The notes: generated from the letters alone by a model not told the origin. Positions 1 through 12,598 are shown, counted from the whole stretch's first letter. The stretch: 62,635 nt of DNA, filler included, from Sphacelaria rigidula (GCA_964200075.2; 10 parts of 10 records of this genome joined end to end with filler, not necessarily neighbours in it); one strand, 5' to 3'. Program-made: numbers and translations.

Positions 1-580
1 AAGAGGCACCTTGAACATCATCTTCTGTCTACACTCCAAAGCAGCTTGTCTGCTTGCTTGGCTTAAGTGCCATTGCGCCAACTCTAGCGATCACGCAAAG
101 GGTTCATCGCGACACTTTTCTAACACTCTACACGTTTCATCACTTCGAGGTTCTGCGAAGCGCATCACTTCTGCTCCATAAAAGTGGTTCAACCTTTGTT
201 GGAGGCCTGAGCGCAAGGTCGCCTCTTGGCACTACCGAGTTTCTCCGACATCGTCGGTGTGTGTTTTCAGAGCTTCAAAAGTTTTTCGTGGGCTGTCTGA
301 CGAATCGGTAACCTTTCCAAAGGTCAAAACGAGCGTCTGAAAATAAGTCGTAAATGACGCTGAAATTCTCTCGGGAAAAAGCACTGGGAGACTCTCCGAG
401 GTGGCGCAATCCGCAATCCGCGTACTACTGACTGCACTGTTACGACTATTTACTGGTGTTAGAGGATTCACTCGGAATCTCCTTGTCGTGGGCGCTAGAG
501 TTGGCGCAATGGCGGTTAAGCCAAGCAAGCAGACAAGCTGCTTCGGAGTGTAGACAGAAGATAGTGTTCAAGGTGCCGCT
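1..580. mobile_element. Foldback/MITE-like element with ~100-bp inverted arms
   Basis: 1-~100 is a close reverse complement of ~481-580 (gcagcttgtctgcttgcttggcttaa vs ttaagccaagcaagcagacaagctgc). The left arm is cut by the contig start; the right arm abuts the copia LTR. Confidence 0.8.
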
Positions 581-799
581 TGTGGGCAAGACAAACACAA
601 ACAACCCATCGGGGTACACGGTCAAAGAGAAGAGTGCTTCATGTATAACAGCTGCTATCCTACGTTATACGCCCCCAAATCAGACCAGACCTTCGTGACC
701 GGTACCTGCGATCCCAGCATTACATACATATATATATATATAAAGTCAATGCCATACGAAACGTTGAAGAGAATGGCTCCACAGTCTCATTTTCCAACA
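581..799 (-). repeat. 3' LTR of the copia element (219 bp)
   Basis: On the minus strand it starts TGTTGG directly after the polypurine tract and ends ...GCCCACA exactly where the flanking foldback arm begins. It contains a (TA)n tract. Confidence 0.7.
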
Positions 800-808
800 C
801 TCCCCCTC
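800..808 (-). promoter_or_regulatory. Polypurine tract (PPT) of the copia element
   Basis: Minus-strand GAGGGGGAG immediately precedes TGTTG. A second PPT-like AAGGGGGAG lies at ~838-846. Confidence 0.75.
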
Positions 809-942
809 AACGCAAGTACAACTCTTAACCCTTCACACTCCCCCTTAATGCAAATACGTACTACTTTCAAACACCCACATCAGTACAGCCGTCCCGGCAC
901 TCAAGGACGAAATAAGAACTCAAAGCTACAACCAGGCTGTGC

Positions 943-3900
943 TCATATGTTGAATGTGCTGATCAGCTTGATGAGATAGCGGTGCCTGTGTTTGCCGACG
1001 TACTTGGTCCCTATGTCTGCGAGTTGGTCTTCGGTCTTGACGTAACGAATGCAGATCCTCCCCTCCTTGACTAATTCCTGAATGAAGAAGTACCGTAGAG
1101 CTACGTGCTTGACTCTCGAGTTGTAAGTTCGAGTTGTAAGTTCGGTTGCCTGCGACGTGGAGAGTTCAACTGTTGTCGATGTAGACCGGAACGGAGTCGA
1201 AGCGTGTGCCGAATCCAATCTCCCGCATCATATTCGAGCAAAATATGCCTTCCTTCATGTTGAGTGCAGCGGCCACGACTTCTGCTTCCATCGTCGATTG
1301 CGCGGTGATTCCTTGTAGTCCTACCTTAAAACTGATGGGGCCATTCGAGAGAAAGATAAGAGATGATGATGCGGATTTTCCGTTGTCTGGGTTGTTACCC
1401 CAGTTCGCATCTGAGAACGCCGTCATTTGGAAACCGCCCTGGTTGTAGGTTATGATATGATCTGTAGTGCCGGCCAAATATCGAAGTAAGTGTTTTGCAG
1501 CTGCCATATGCGCCTTCGACGGATGGGACATCGCCCGCGCCAGTTGATTCATGGCGTATCCAACGTCGTAGCGTGTCACGTAAGCGAGATACATCACACT
1601 GTCCGTAATGGTCTGGAAACGGTTTTTGTCCTCCTTTTTCAAAGCTTTCTCCCTCGGCTGGTCCAGTGACAGTTCTTGTCCCACACCAGGAGTGTATGCT
1701 GGGTTGCAATTCGCCATCCCGTATCGTTCCAGGAGGACTTGGTGTAATTTTTCTGGCTGATGGTGACTGTCTTCCTAATGCGATCACAAAGAACCTCCAT
1801 TCCCAGCACTAACGATACATCTCCCATGTCCGTCATCGAGAAGCGTCCCATCAGTTTATGCTTGATCCTTCCCAGAACTTTGACATCTTTCCCAAGCAGT
1901 AGGACGTAATCGACGTATGAAGTTAAAATGTAGACGTCGCCGCTCTCTTGGTATATGTACACGAAAGGGTCCGACTTAGGGCTTTTGAATCCATCTCCGC
2001 TAGTTGTGTGTCGACTGTTCCCCACCAGCAGTTTGGACTTTGACGAAGGCCATAGAGACTTTTGTGGAGCCACATTACCATCGGAGTCCCATGGGCGTCA
2101 AACTCCTTGTATCCTGGCGCCATTTTGACGTAAACCTTCTTCCTTGAGTTCGGCGTTCAGAAAGGCGGTGTTATAGTCCAATTGCCAACACTCCAAGTCA
2201 TACTCCGCCGCTACAGCTAATACCATGCGGATGCTTTGGATCCTGCAGACCGGTGCGAAAGTGCTGCCACAGTCGACGCCAGGGACTTGTCCCCAACCCT
2301 GCACGACGACTCGGGCCTTGTGCGAGGAATCCGCTTCCTTCTTGTACACCCATCGGAACCCGATTAACCTGTGTCCAGTTGGGACGGAGCTTGACGGCAC
2401 TAGAGTATATACACGTTATTCCTTCTTGGGCTATCCATCTCCTTATCTGATGCCGCCTTCCATTGTTCCTTTTCGGGGAGATTCATGACCTCATTGAACG
2501 TGTTTGGGACTCTTTCGGTTGTCTCCTTCACTGGACAGCTCGAACGGTTGCTAGTTGTGTAGGCATACTCCACGACTGACTCCCCCCAAACGTCTGGTGC
2601 ACGACATCTGGTAGGAGCGCATTGGTGTGTATTTGCAGTCACCGTAGCTCGGAGAGCATTTTGTCGTCCACAGTGGCTGAAAGGTGCGCAGAAGCTGCGC
2701 CGTCGTTGTTGGTGTTGTGTTCCCTGAAGGAGCGCGCTGCAGTGCCTGCGCGCGTCACGGCGGGAGTTACTTGATGGCGTGTCGAGAGCGGTTGAGCAGT
2801 GATGATTCGGCTGACGATGTGGACTGTTGGCAACGTCTCTTCACGAGGTGTGTCATCGTCGTGCAGCATGTCCCGCTTGATGATGGCGCTGATTCTCTCC
2901 AGAAGCTCGGCCACCTGTGGATGGTTAGAGATCCCGCTGGCGGTGATATAATCAACGGAGGCGTGAGCCGGTTGAGCTAGTACGGAGGTGTGTTCGCGAA
3001 GATCACGGAAGAAGTCTTCGTCGGTGATGTAATTGTGGCCCTCTCTGTTGCTGGAGTCCTGGTCACCAAGTGAAAATGGGTGTATCCGAAGTTGTGGCTC
3101 TCCCGTCGGGGTAAGGTGTGTCGGAGTCTCGATGAAAACGACGTTCCTGCGCACAATGATACGTCGCGTGGCCGGAATGGAGACTCGGTAGCTCTTGCTG
3201 TCACTGTTGTACCCAACTAGTCGTCCTTCAACTGCTTTGAGAGCAAGTTTCGAAGTATGCCGCTCGATATGTACGAAAGCCCTGGCTCCGACGCCTCGAA
3301 GGTGTTTGAGATCCGGTTCTGACCCCTTCAGCATCTCATGAGGCGACTATATGTCAAGCGCTGAACGCGGTGATCTGTTTGCAAGATAGGCCGCTGTGAA
3401 CATCAATTCCCCCCAGAGAAAAGTCTGCAAACCACTGTCAGCAAGCATGCACCGGACCATGTCTGCAAGCGTCCTTCCTACGCGTTCTGACAGGCCGATT
3501 TGTTGTGGTGTATTGGTGCTTGCAAACTCTAGCAATATACCTGTCTGTCGGCAGTACGACTTGAACTCATTGCCAATGGACTCACCGTCTTTGCCTGCCC
3601 TTCGTCCTTCGACCCGAACACCGCTAGGAATGACCGTTGACTGTACGTAGGACTGAATTGCATGAAGAGTGCCGTCCTTGGTTTTTTGGAGGTAAATCTC
3701 TGTCCATCTGCTATACTCATCGGAGATCTTGCAGGCGTACTTGAAGCCTCCCAGCGCCTCCGGCATAGTCAGTCCCATCAAATATGTCATGACTACTTCA
3801 AAAGCGTGTTGCACTTTGTTGTTGGCTGTCTTCGGGTGGGCCAGTTCATGACTTTTCCCAACAGCACAAATATTGCAGTCCGGAACGGCTCCACCGAGAT

Positions 3901-4762
3901 CCACCCCGTTGCTCCCGACGTTTTTGAGAAGATTCAAACTATTGCTGTTCAAGTGTCCCATCCTCCGATGCCACAGCGTGACGGCGTCTGCAGCTTGCAC
4001 AGCCAGTCTAGATGCGTCGTTGCCGCTGCTTAGTTCCAGAGAGAAGAAATACAGGTCGCTCTCCAGTTCCTGGAGCGGAACAGTGAATTTATTTGTCTCG
4101 AGTCTTGGGTTGTTCATTTCGAAAATAGACACAACACCATTTCGTGTTGCTTGTTTGACGGAGAACAAGTTCCGCCCCATGCCAGGCACGACCAAACACG
4201 AAACCTGAACCAGGCGTTTGACCCCTTCGCCGTCTTGGATGTGGCCGCGGAGCAGTCCTTTACCAACCCCTGCCAGTTGATGCCCCCCTGCGGTGGTGAT
4301 CGCACGCGATGTCGCCAGTTCTTGATAGTTGTGGAGTTTATACCGTAGCCCCGGGATGAGGGTATCGTCGAAGTAATGTCCCGACACACCACTGTCTACC
4401 ATGACACTGACATGGCTATTGCTACCCTCAGTCCACTTATCAAGAGCGGATCCTGCCGCGAGAGCCGTCCCCTCATCAGCATCTGTGATTCCGCCAGACG
4501 TTTCAGCGGTGTCGTGGAGGTTCGACGTGGCCCGGGGGTACTGTGAGTTCCCGAACATCAACCAGACGTAGTGGACTACGGCTATTACGGCCAGCGCGCG
4601 CACTAGTGGGGGAAGTGTCTCCCTGATTCTCCGCAGTAGGTTGCGAGCTCTGCGCCAGAACCCCGGATCCCCGGCCTCCTCTCCGTCAGCCCCTTCGAAG
4701 GCGCCGAAGAGGCCGCTGCTGTCGAAAAAGCAACGAGTTTGTTCATTGGAGCGAAAGGCCAA
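943..4762 (-). pseudogene. Copia pol (protease, GAG-pre-integrase, integrase, reverse transcriptase, RNase H), frameshifted
   Basis: Motifs: protease VMVDSGVSGH; LWHRRMGH...CNIC zinc motif; integrase TPQQIGLSER; RT KARVVVQG, QLDYNTAFLNA, KSLYGLRQS and YVDY (YVDD decayed); RNase H AFSDANWG and DQLADIGTK. Spread over at least 7 ORF pieces. Confidence 0.95.
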
Positions 4763-5814
4763 AGGTTGTCCGCTTGGGGATGGTTCGCTTTGGGCGCTTC
4801 TGGGGCATTAAAGGAGATGGCGGGAGAGTACTCCCTTGTACCGGTGGCTGGTGGATACCCTGACCATTGTGCGAAATTGGCTGTCAGCTGGTTGCGCTGT
4901 TTCAAGGAACGACACTCTTCTTCGCTGTGGGTGGTTGACCTGTGGAAATAGCACCACTTGCCTACATTCACATTGTTTCCCCCGTCCTGACCGTCTCCCC
5001 CTGTCAGTGCTCGGGCCGCACTTCGAGCGGGGCAATTTCTCCTAACGTGACCTTGCTTTCCGCAGTGGTAGCATGTTACTCGATTTATTTTACTGCCATC
5101 ATTCCGTCCACTAGCCTGCATAGCAACCGCGCGGCCTGCGACCGAGTTGGTGGCGTCCAGTCGTGAAAGGTAGTCAGCATACATGGTGCTGACCATGTAT
5201 CTGAGGTCCGACAAATTAAAATCGCGCCTCTCACAGCTAGCAATGCGGACCCTATCGTACTTGACAGGTAAGGCTCGAAAGATAATGTCCTCATATCGTT
5301 CGTCAGGCACGGACTGCCCCATTTTCTCCAGGCGGTCACGGTAGCCATCCATTACAAACAAAAACTCTTCCGGATCATCCCCTGACTGCATCGTCGTATT
5401 GTGGAGTTTATCATGGAATTCCCTGCGTGCCTCTTTTGTGTTGCCGTCATATGTGTTTTGCAGCGCTGCCAACGCTGCTTGGCCATTATCAACCCCGTCC
5501 TCCTGGGTTTTCCCCATGAAACGTCTCACGGCATTATTCGCTGATTTTTCGGTGGTGAAAAATAAGATGCTGAACAGGTCATTGTTTGCGCGATTCCAAG
5601 CCAGTGAAACTGCCGTATCACGGGTTGACGGTTCATCGCCAATTACGGTGCGTGCGAGTCTCTGCCGCCCCTGCAGAATTTCTGCGGTCGCATTATGGTG
5701 GGGGGAGAGGATCACCCGTAGTTTGTCTTGGTACTCTCGGAAACTAGGCTTGTCTCTGCCATCAAATTTTGTACACAACTTAAGTACCGCACGAATAGTC
5801 TAACTGTCCGCCAT
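4603..5814 (-). pseudogene. Copia gag with zinc knuckle
   Basis: CYHCGKQGHVRRNC (CX2CX4HX4C) plus a second CYFHRSTTHSEEEC motif. An in-frame ATG at 5814 is followed by a premature TAG at codon 5. Confidence 0.9.
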
Positions 5815-6174
5815 GATAATCCTCTTCGTCGCTTTGTTCCAACGTTACGAGTATAGTATAACGCCGATACCACCACACAATCGGCCTTTGTCACCGCCGC
5901 TTGACTTGTCGAGGTCTCGAAAAAAGAATAAAGATGGATCGAGCCCGGATGTATCCCCCACCACGAGAGCGGCCTCCAACAACGCCGCTCAACTACAGTA
6001 AATAAATAGGCGCAGACAGAAGATCAATGTACAAGATGTCTCGAAAAACAAACACGGTTGCGCACTCCTGTAGTGAGCGCTGAGGAATTTTTCTTCCGGA
6101 AAAGGATCCGACCACTGATTGTTACAGTAGTCAGCGTCAGAAGTATGCAGAATCCGTAATTTCTTAGTTTCTCA

Positions 6175-6274
6175 NNNNNNNNNNNNNNNNNNNNNNNNNN
6201 NNNNNNNNNNNNNNNNNNTTAATTAATTAANNNNNNNNNNNNNNNNNNNNNNNNNNNNNNNNNNNNNNNNNNNN
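6175..6274. other. Artificial contig spacer (first of nine)
   Basis: 44 N + TTAATTAATTAA (stops in all six frames) + 44 N. Identical spacers at 12449-12548, 18723-18822, 24997-25096, 31271-31370, 37544-37643, 43817-43916, 50090-50189 and 56363-56462. Confidence 0.99.
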
Positions 6275-6348
6275 CTCACATCGCTTTGGCCCCCTGTTCT
6301 GTGTTTTAAAATGGCGCTTTGTGTTTTTGTACCTCATGTGAGGAAGGC

Positions 6349-6415
6349 GGGGGGGGGGGGGGGGGGGGTACTCATGATCATGCATGCCGTAGTCATTAGA
6401 CCATTGATCTTGCAT
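6349..6415 (+). repeat. High-copy interspersed repeat terminus (GGG-TGTACTCATGATCATGCATGCC family), truncated copy
   Basis: Same sequence found at 18823-18900 (-), 25097+, 29268-29299, 37455-37543 and 50021-50089. Confidence 0.85.
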
Positions 6416-6896
6416 GAATGCATTAGGGTGCGTGGATGTGGCGGTGGAAACATTGTGTTTGTGTCTTCGAACGCCCGTACTTGGCTACGAGCTACTTCAC
6501 GCGATCCGCTCATCACCCCAGGCCTACAAATCCCTGCAATAACGACCCCACATCTTTTGAAAGGTCCGAGAAAAACACATTCCTCGGTAGATTCGAAGAG
6601 GAGATGGCCAACAAACAACTTGGGAGCGATAACTCGCCGCGAAACGAAGGGAACTTGGGTATCAAAACACCCTGCTTCTGCCCTCAGTCGCTTCGCCAGT
6701 CAAGGGGAGCGAGAGGCACGCCAGAGCGAGAGACACGAGTGAACCTCCACGGACATAGGTGAATGGGTCGAGCAGCAAGCGCCCCTGCCAAAGACTACAA
6801 ATGACAATCGGGACCCTCAAACACGCTTACACACAGATACACACTGACACACACACAGATGTGCGCCCCCGCGAAAACATGCAAAAAGAGTGCCAA

Positions 6897-7475
6897 CTAG
6901 GGCTTCTGCCAGGGGCCCGATTGCACCTCTCCGTGCAGCAACGCCTCCTCTTCCTCGCCACCAGCCCGCCCCACCCACCCCCGTCCCCTCGCCGTCTCCC
7001 GCTCCAAGATAGCTTTCAACCTCGTGGCATCAAACCCTGAGCTCCCTTCTCTTCCACGCCTACCCGCTGCCGCGGGTGCGAAAGCGGCGCCACCCACCCC
7101 ATTCTCCAGCTCCGCCAACGCGACGGGCACGAGCTCCGGACGAAGGCCGAATTGGAAAAGAGGGGGTATGTTTTTGTCAAGGAGTCGCGCGTCCATCCAG
7201 GGGGCTATGTCCTCTGGGCCGGCATCCGAATCGCCGGTGACGAAGAACGCGCAGCGTCGGTACTTGGATAGAACCGCGCTCGCCACGCTCAACGGCTCTT
7301 CTTCCTGTTCTATTTCTGCCTCTTCCTCTTCTTGTTCCTGTCCACCGTGTTGCTCTTGTTGCTCTTGTTGCTCTTGTTGCTGCTGGTGGCTGCTATTGCT
7401 GAGCGGGTGGCGGCGGCGGCGACGGCCGCGCGGGCGGGCGGCGAAGGCTTCTTCCTCGACCCTCAGGTCGGCGAT
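6897..7475 (-). CDS. Exon (probably terminal) of an unidentified protein
   Basis: Pyrimidine-rich acceptor ttttccatcag at 7476-7486. GC-rich open frame with a Q/E low-complexity linker, then a globular-looking segment (SKYRRCAFFVTGDSD...PWMDARLLDKNIPPLFQFGLRPELV). TAG at 6897-6899. Confidence 0.65.
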   Translation of the reverse strand: MADLRVEEEAFAARPRGRRRRRHPLSNSSHQQQQEQQEQQEQHGGQEQEEEEAEIEQEEEPLSVASAVLSKYRRCAFFVTGDSDAGPEDIAPWMDARLLDKNIPPLFQFGLRPELVPVALAELENGVGGAAFAPAAAGRRGREGSSGFDATRLKAILERETARGRGWVGRAGGEEEEALLHGEVQSGPWQKP

Positions 7476-8251
7476 CTGATGGAAAATGTGAAACGTGTGG
7501 ATTGGGGTCGCCATGTGCATTTGTGTTCGTGTGTGTTTGTGCGTTTCAGAACTTCTTGTAGTTTTGTTAACGGGTGGACACAGGAAAGTCAGCCAGGCAG
7601 GTTTTTCCATGTCTGTGGAAAGCTGTGTTGCGAAATTCTTACTAAAGTGCCACGTGCGAAGGAAAAACAAGTAAATGGTGGGTAGGTAGATAGGCCTCGC
7701 GGCTAACGCCCCCACACTCAAAGGGTAGACAGCCAAGAAACATCTTCACTGGCGGTAGTAGCGAGAGAATACACACGTGACCGTGTAGAGGTGCATGATT
7801 AAACCCCACTGCTACGATATTCAACTGTACGGTCCTGTGCTTGCTGCAGCGTGTCGCATTTGGCCACCATCCTCATAGCCCTTACTTTTTCACGTGGTGG
7901 AGATGTCCATTTCAAATACATACACACCGGTATCTACACGCACGAGCGAGCAACCCATGGCTATTCTACTTCCCGGGACAGCACACGTACAGCAGTAGAG
8001 AACAGTAGGATGAATGAAGTACAGCACAGTGATACAGCACACGTCAACACTGAACACAGTCTACTTGCAGCGCAGGATTGGCACACCTCGAGCGCGTTTT
8101 GAAGTTGCACACACGTCGCATCGTCTCAACTGCACTCCCTCATTTTTTCTGTTTGTACTGCTGCCGCCGCTGCTGGTCGTGACTCCAGTCTACAATCCAG
8201 GGCCAAACTGAATATATATAATGCCTCCTCAGTTTCTACGTGAAAATGTTC

Positions 8252-8414
8252 CACACCCTGGACAATATATGGTCAATAGTTGCAATAGACAAGAAGCGTA
8301 CTGCATAGGTCTATTGCGACTAGTGTTTCCCGACAAGAGTTGCAATAGGCCTATACCTTATGCAGTACACTTCTCGTCTATTTCAACTATTGACCACATG
8401 TTGTCCAGGGTGTG
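8252..8414. mobile_element. 163-bp MITE with 8-bp TSD (hAT/P-like)
   Basis: Long terminal inverted repeats (TIRs) CACACCCTGGACAA...; perfect direct repeat AAATGTTC at 8244-8251 and 8415-8422. Confidence 0.92.
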
Positions 8415-9163
8415 AAATGTTCACAAATTATGGGTCGGAATAGTGGGCCTGACGACCAAGAAACGTACACCGAAAAAAATACAGGAAGCGCGAAGGACTA
8501 ATGAAGACGTCATCAGGTGGTCGTACCTCTGCCGAGCGGAACACGAGCAGAACACACGCTTCATCTCTTATCCACATACTTCGTCCCTCATCAACACGCT
8601 TCATCCCCCATTAACTTGGTTTAGTATGCGACAGCTGTAGCACTTTTCATCGCCAGTTTCTCGACACAGCAAGCAATCCAGCCCCCCGCAAACACACAAC
8701 AGCTAGGTCGAGCCGTTACCCCGTGTGCTCAATTCGCCACAGTGGACCCCAAAAGCCCCAAAAGCTGAGAAACATCTTATCCTTGTATATTTGGGTTCAT
8801 TGTGACTTAGTGTCACGCGCGAAGATAATCGCGTGACGGCGCGACCTAGATTGGGTGTGTGAGAAGCGCAAGCAAGAAACCGCAGTCCAATCCTTCGCTT
8901 CGTTGCCGAGATAACTGCGTTGAAAGATCGACGACAACATACTGCAACAAGAGGGACACAACAACACAAGCAGCAGCTTCCATCCTTCCGTTGTTGTGAC
9001 CCTGTGTACAGATGTACAGCAACGTCAGTCACAGGTTTGTTGTAGAATGCACTATAATAATAGTATATTCTGTGTGAGCGTAGTCGTTACTTCAAGGTGG
9101 CTCGTGTACTTGTGATTGATACTGGTTGGCTCATGTAGGCTTCATTGCTTCCGCATACAGTGA

Positions 9164-11191
9164 GTTATGGGAGCGCCTGACCCCCCAAAATGAGCCCAAA
9201 AAGTGTCACCGACCAAAAGCACGAACAGACCGGAGATGACGTTCATCCTCTGACTATGCACGCCGCAAAATCCCTCAAAGTACTTGTGATTTAAGTAGGG
9301 TTTCTATTGCACGCTTTTGAAGTTTTCTTGTTCCGGAGGACGAACCACGGCGTGGCTCGGCTACTCACCGGCGTGTATATGTCCTAGCTACAATTTTACC
9401 GGTTGGTTTTACCTAAGACGTTACGGTGATCGAGAAAATCGCAAAAAAACTATGTTGTTTTTCACTTACTTCGTTATTAAAAACTCGCATCCTGGTGAAA
9501 TAAAAAAATCATCCGGTTAAATTGTAGCTGTCCTCTTGGCGCAGATGATGCAAAAAGTCGCATCCCAATCGATGGCCGTAGCGATGAGGATTCTCTGGCA
9601 CAGATTGGGCTGTGATCGCAAACACGCACCCCCAACCCTCGCCGGTCTCGACAAAACGCGAAAACCTCACCCCTGTGTAACGGCCTCGGAATAGATTACA
9701 CCCATGAATGACTCGTGATAGTGCAGATGGTTGATAGATCGGATATGTGGAATGTTGCAGAATTTGAACGTTCAACCGAGCCCCCAGAAGCAAGAATTAT
9801 CTTCGCGACCTCGGAGCAGCGGAGAGAACAAATTATAACACTGGCCCTAACGAAGGCATACCGAGAAACATCGGGCAAGGCGGGTGCAACGTGTTTCGTA
9901 GGCGAAGGGTGCGTTGCCAGACCTTGAATCGGCGCCCCAGGCGCCGATTTAGACAAGAACGCATTCAGGGACGCTAGTAGAATGCTAGGAGCACAGCCCC
10001 CATGGAATATCCGGATTCCGGTTTTCACACCAAGATCAAGATTGACCTACTCACGCTCCCGAATGGGAAAATATACTGCGCCAAGACGACACAAAGTTGT
10101 TGGCCCACTTTCGCTGAAGCTACATGGTACCGAAGCCCCAATCATGTCTTTCAGTGGATCCACCCACCCTAAGACACGCATCTGTTGTATCGGCAATGGT
10201 GGGTGAAGGACGACCGTTTGTTTTCATTCCCTCTTGCAAAACAACATATTTGGAGTCCGATGAGCCCCTAGACCGTGAGGGTAGTCCATCTGGACCATGC
10301 ATACTTTTTTCAAGTAGAAAATGATGCCGATTCAGCATGTGACCAAACCGTCGCGGTCAAAGAGCTAATTAATATCAAATGAAAAGCCATGCCCACGGAA
10401 CAACAAATACACTTTGAAGCGCGAGTCATTCGTCCGACAAAAGTTGTGGAATCATGGCAGCCGATAAATCAAGCTCTTAAACCATGACGAGGTGGTGGAC
10501 CAACACCCGCCCACCCCACATTACACACCCGGTGACTATTTGCACTCCACTCGTCTATGTTAGGGCCGACCTCGCTGAAGTTCATCAGTTCATATGGCTT
10601 TGTCGCATGTTGAGCACATCATGTTGACCCAACTTTGACCCGCCCAAAAATGGTTCAGCTTCCTGGTTTCACTCACCGGCGTTGGGCTACAAATGTTCTT
10701 GGTTGATATTACTTGATTTGAGTGCATACAACGAGAATCGGAATTTTAGTAGGGCTGACGGTCCCGTGTGCTCCTCGGGTGCGCACAACGCCTTTTTGTT
10801 GAAATCTGCGCCACAGAAGCCGATTTGGGGTCTACCAAGGCCTCACTTTCTTCAGGGAATGTATGTACCGCCCTTGCCCGAGTGTTCTCGGTGTGCGTTG
10901 GGTTGGTTCAACCCAAATAGCCTCCTTGCATGCCAGGATATCGCAAGCGTAGAAGAAAGGTGACGCAGTGGCATGTAATATATGAGGAACAACGGAAATA
11001 TCGGTAGGGTTCTGGTTTTTGACGGCAGTCCACTTTTTTTATATGAATTTTGGATCCATGCCGTTCTCTTCCGATTACGTAAGACACATTTTACTCCACG
11101 AGCCTGGATAAGCCCCAGAAGTCGGTCTGTTCGTGATATTGGTCGGTGACACTTTTTTTGCCCATTTCGGGGGGTCAGGCGCGCCCATAAC
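9164..11191. mobile_element. ~2-kb TIR element with decayed coding-like interior
   Basis: ~65-bp inverted repeats: gttatgggagcgcctgaccccccaaaatg...acgaacagaccg at 9164-9231 vs the reverse complement at 11123-11191. Confidence 0.8.
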
Positions 11192-12390
11192 AGTGGTCGG
11201 TGCGCACTTTCCCCAAATATAGTACCCAAGATCGCCCCCCACTCCGACCCATAAGAAGTGAAGAGCAGTCGACATAGATTATATCTCCGACAGTCGAAGC
11301 GTCCGTTGAGACGTGGAGAGAGGAAATACATTATACGGAACGCATCGTAACGCCATAGCGCCATACAGAACAAGGCGCGGAAAGCGAATGTACTCCAAGC
11401 CCAAGCAAAAACAAAACGCACCCCCTGATGTCTACCGAAATGCATGCGAAGTGTCTACTGAGAGGTATCAGCAGAAACAACGTACTCTAAAAACAATTGA
11501 GGACGAAATGCTGGTTTGTGAGAGCTCGGCAGCAAAATGACATCGGTCTGCAGAGAAGACAGTTGACCGGAACGGTAACTGAAATAATTGACACAAGATT
11601 CTTGGGGCTTCGCGCCACCGCTCAAATCGAGCAATCCCAAGGCAAGGTGTTCAGAGCTAAGATATGTTTGCGGATAATTTAGAAAGTTTGGAAAAAAATG
11701 AGATCCTAGAAAGGAGATAAATCTTGGTGCGGAGGCTTACGATCGCATGCGCGGCTTTGTCGTTCGGGTTGTTAAAAAGGAATGATACAATTGCACAGAA
11801 CACACTCATCATTATTCGTCAAACATCGTCGATGATAAGACCCGACAGAAACAAAAAGAGGAAAACCAACTGCCCAGGACTACTCATTATCTGTCAGAAG
11901 TGGTTGATGCGAAGATCCCACACAATGATGCTGTATTGGTCCTATGCAAGATCAAACATTAACTGTTACCCCTTTTGGGACCGTGCCTCCAGAACGACCA
12001 ATGAGGCTGGCTAGGAATGACGTGTCTAGCGTCTTCACGAAATAGTGGCTTCATGTGAAAATCCGCGTATATAACCGCCGCATGCAGGGTTGGGAGGTAG
12101 ACCGAAAGCTTCATCAATCTATTTTTAGGTGCAGATACGAACTGTTATTTGGGTGGGGTGTACATTAGGTGATGTACATCTAATGTAGCAAGCAGTATGG
12201 GAGGCCGTAGAGAGCTTTCAACAGGATGCGGCGACCGGCGGGCCGCCCGCCACTTGCGGCTTTGTATGATATTATTGTCCCCATCACCTTGCCACACAAC
12301 CCTTTGTGGTCGGGGTGGGCCGCGATTTCCTTCTTTGTTGCGAGCGTCAAATTCTCTGCAAAGGGTATGGGCGTTGCGGTGCACATACAA

Positions 12391-12448
12391 TACAGTACAG
12401 TACAGTACAGTACAGTACAGTACAGTACAGTACAGTACAGTACAGTAC
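12391..12448 (+). repeat. (TACAG)n microsatellite at contig end
   Basis: About 11.5 perfect TACAG units. Confidence 0.97.
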
Positions 12449-12594
12449 NNNNNNNNNNNNNNNNNNNNNNNNNNNNNNNNNNNNNNNNNNNNTTAATTAA
12501 TTAANNNNNNNNNNNNNNNNNNNNNNNNNNNNNNNNNNNNNNNNNNNNCTCCATATGCATGCCGCCCCGCCGCACCTCCTCTCCTTGTGCTCTT

Positions 12595-12598
<4 letters not shown>

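Larger units (their letters stand above)
581..6174 (-). mobile_element. Degenerate Ty1/copia LTR retrotransposon (5' LTR not in contig)
   Basis: Minus-strand domain order gag-PR-INT-RT-RNaseH, which is the copia order, followed by a polypurine tract and a TG...CA LTR. Many frameshifts and stops. Confidence 0.97.

Noticed and set aside
5860..5875. Minus-strand TGGTATCGGCG as the copia tRNA-Met PBS
   Set aside because: Not preceded by an LTR-ending CA, and no copy of 581-799 is adjacent.
6219..6230. Recurrent TTAATTAATTAA as a biological motif
   Set aside because: Always centred in 100-bp N blocks, so it is an assembly linker.
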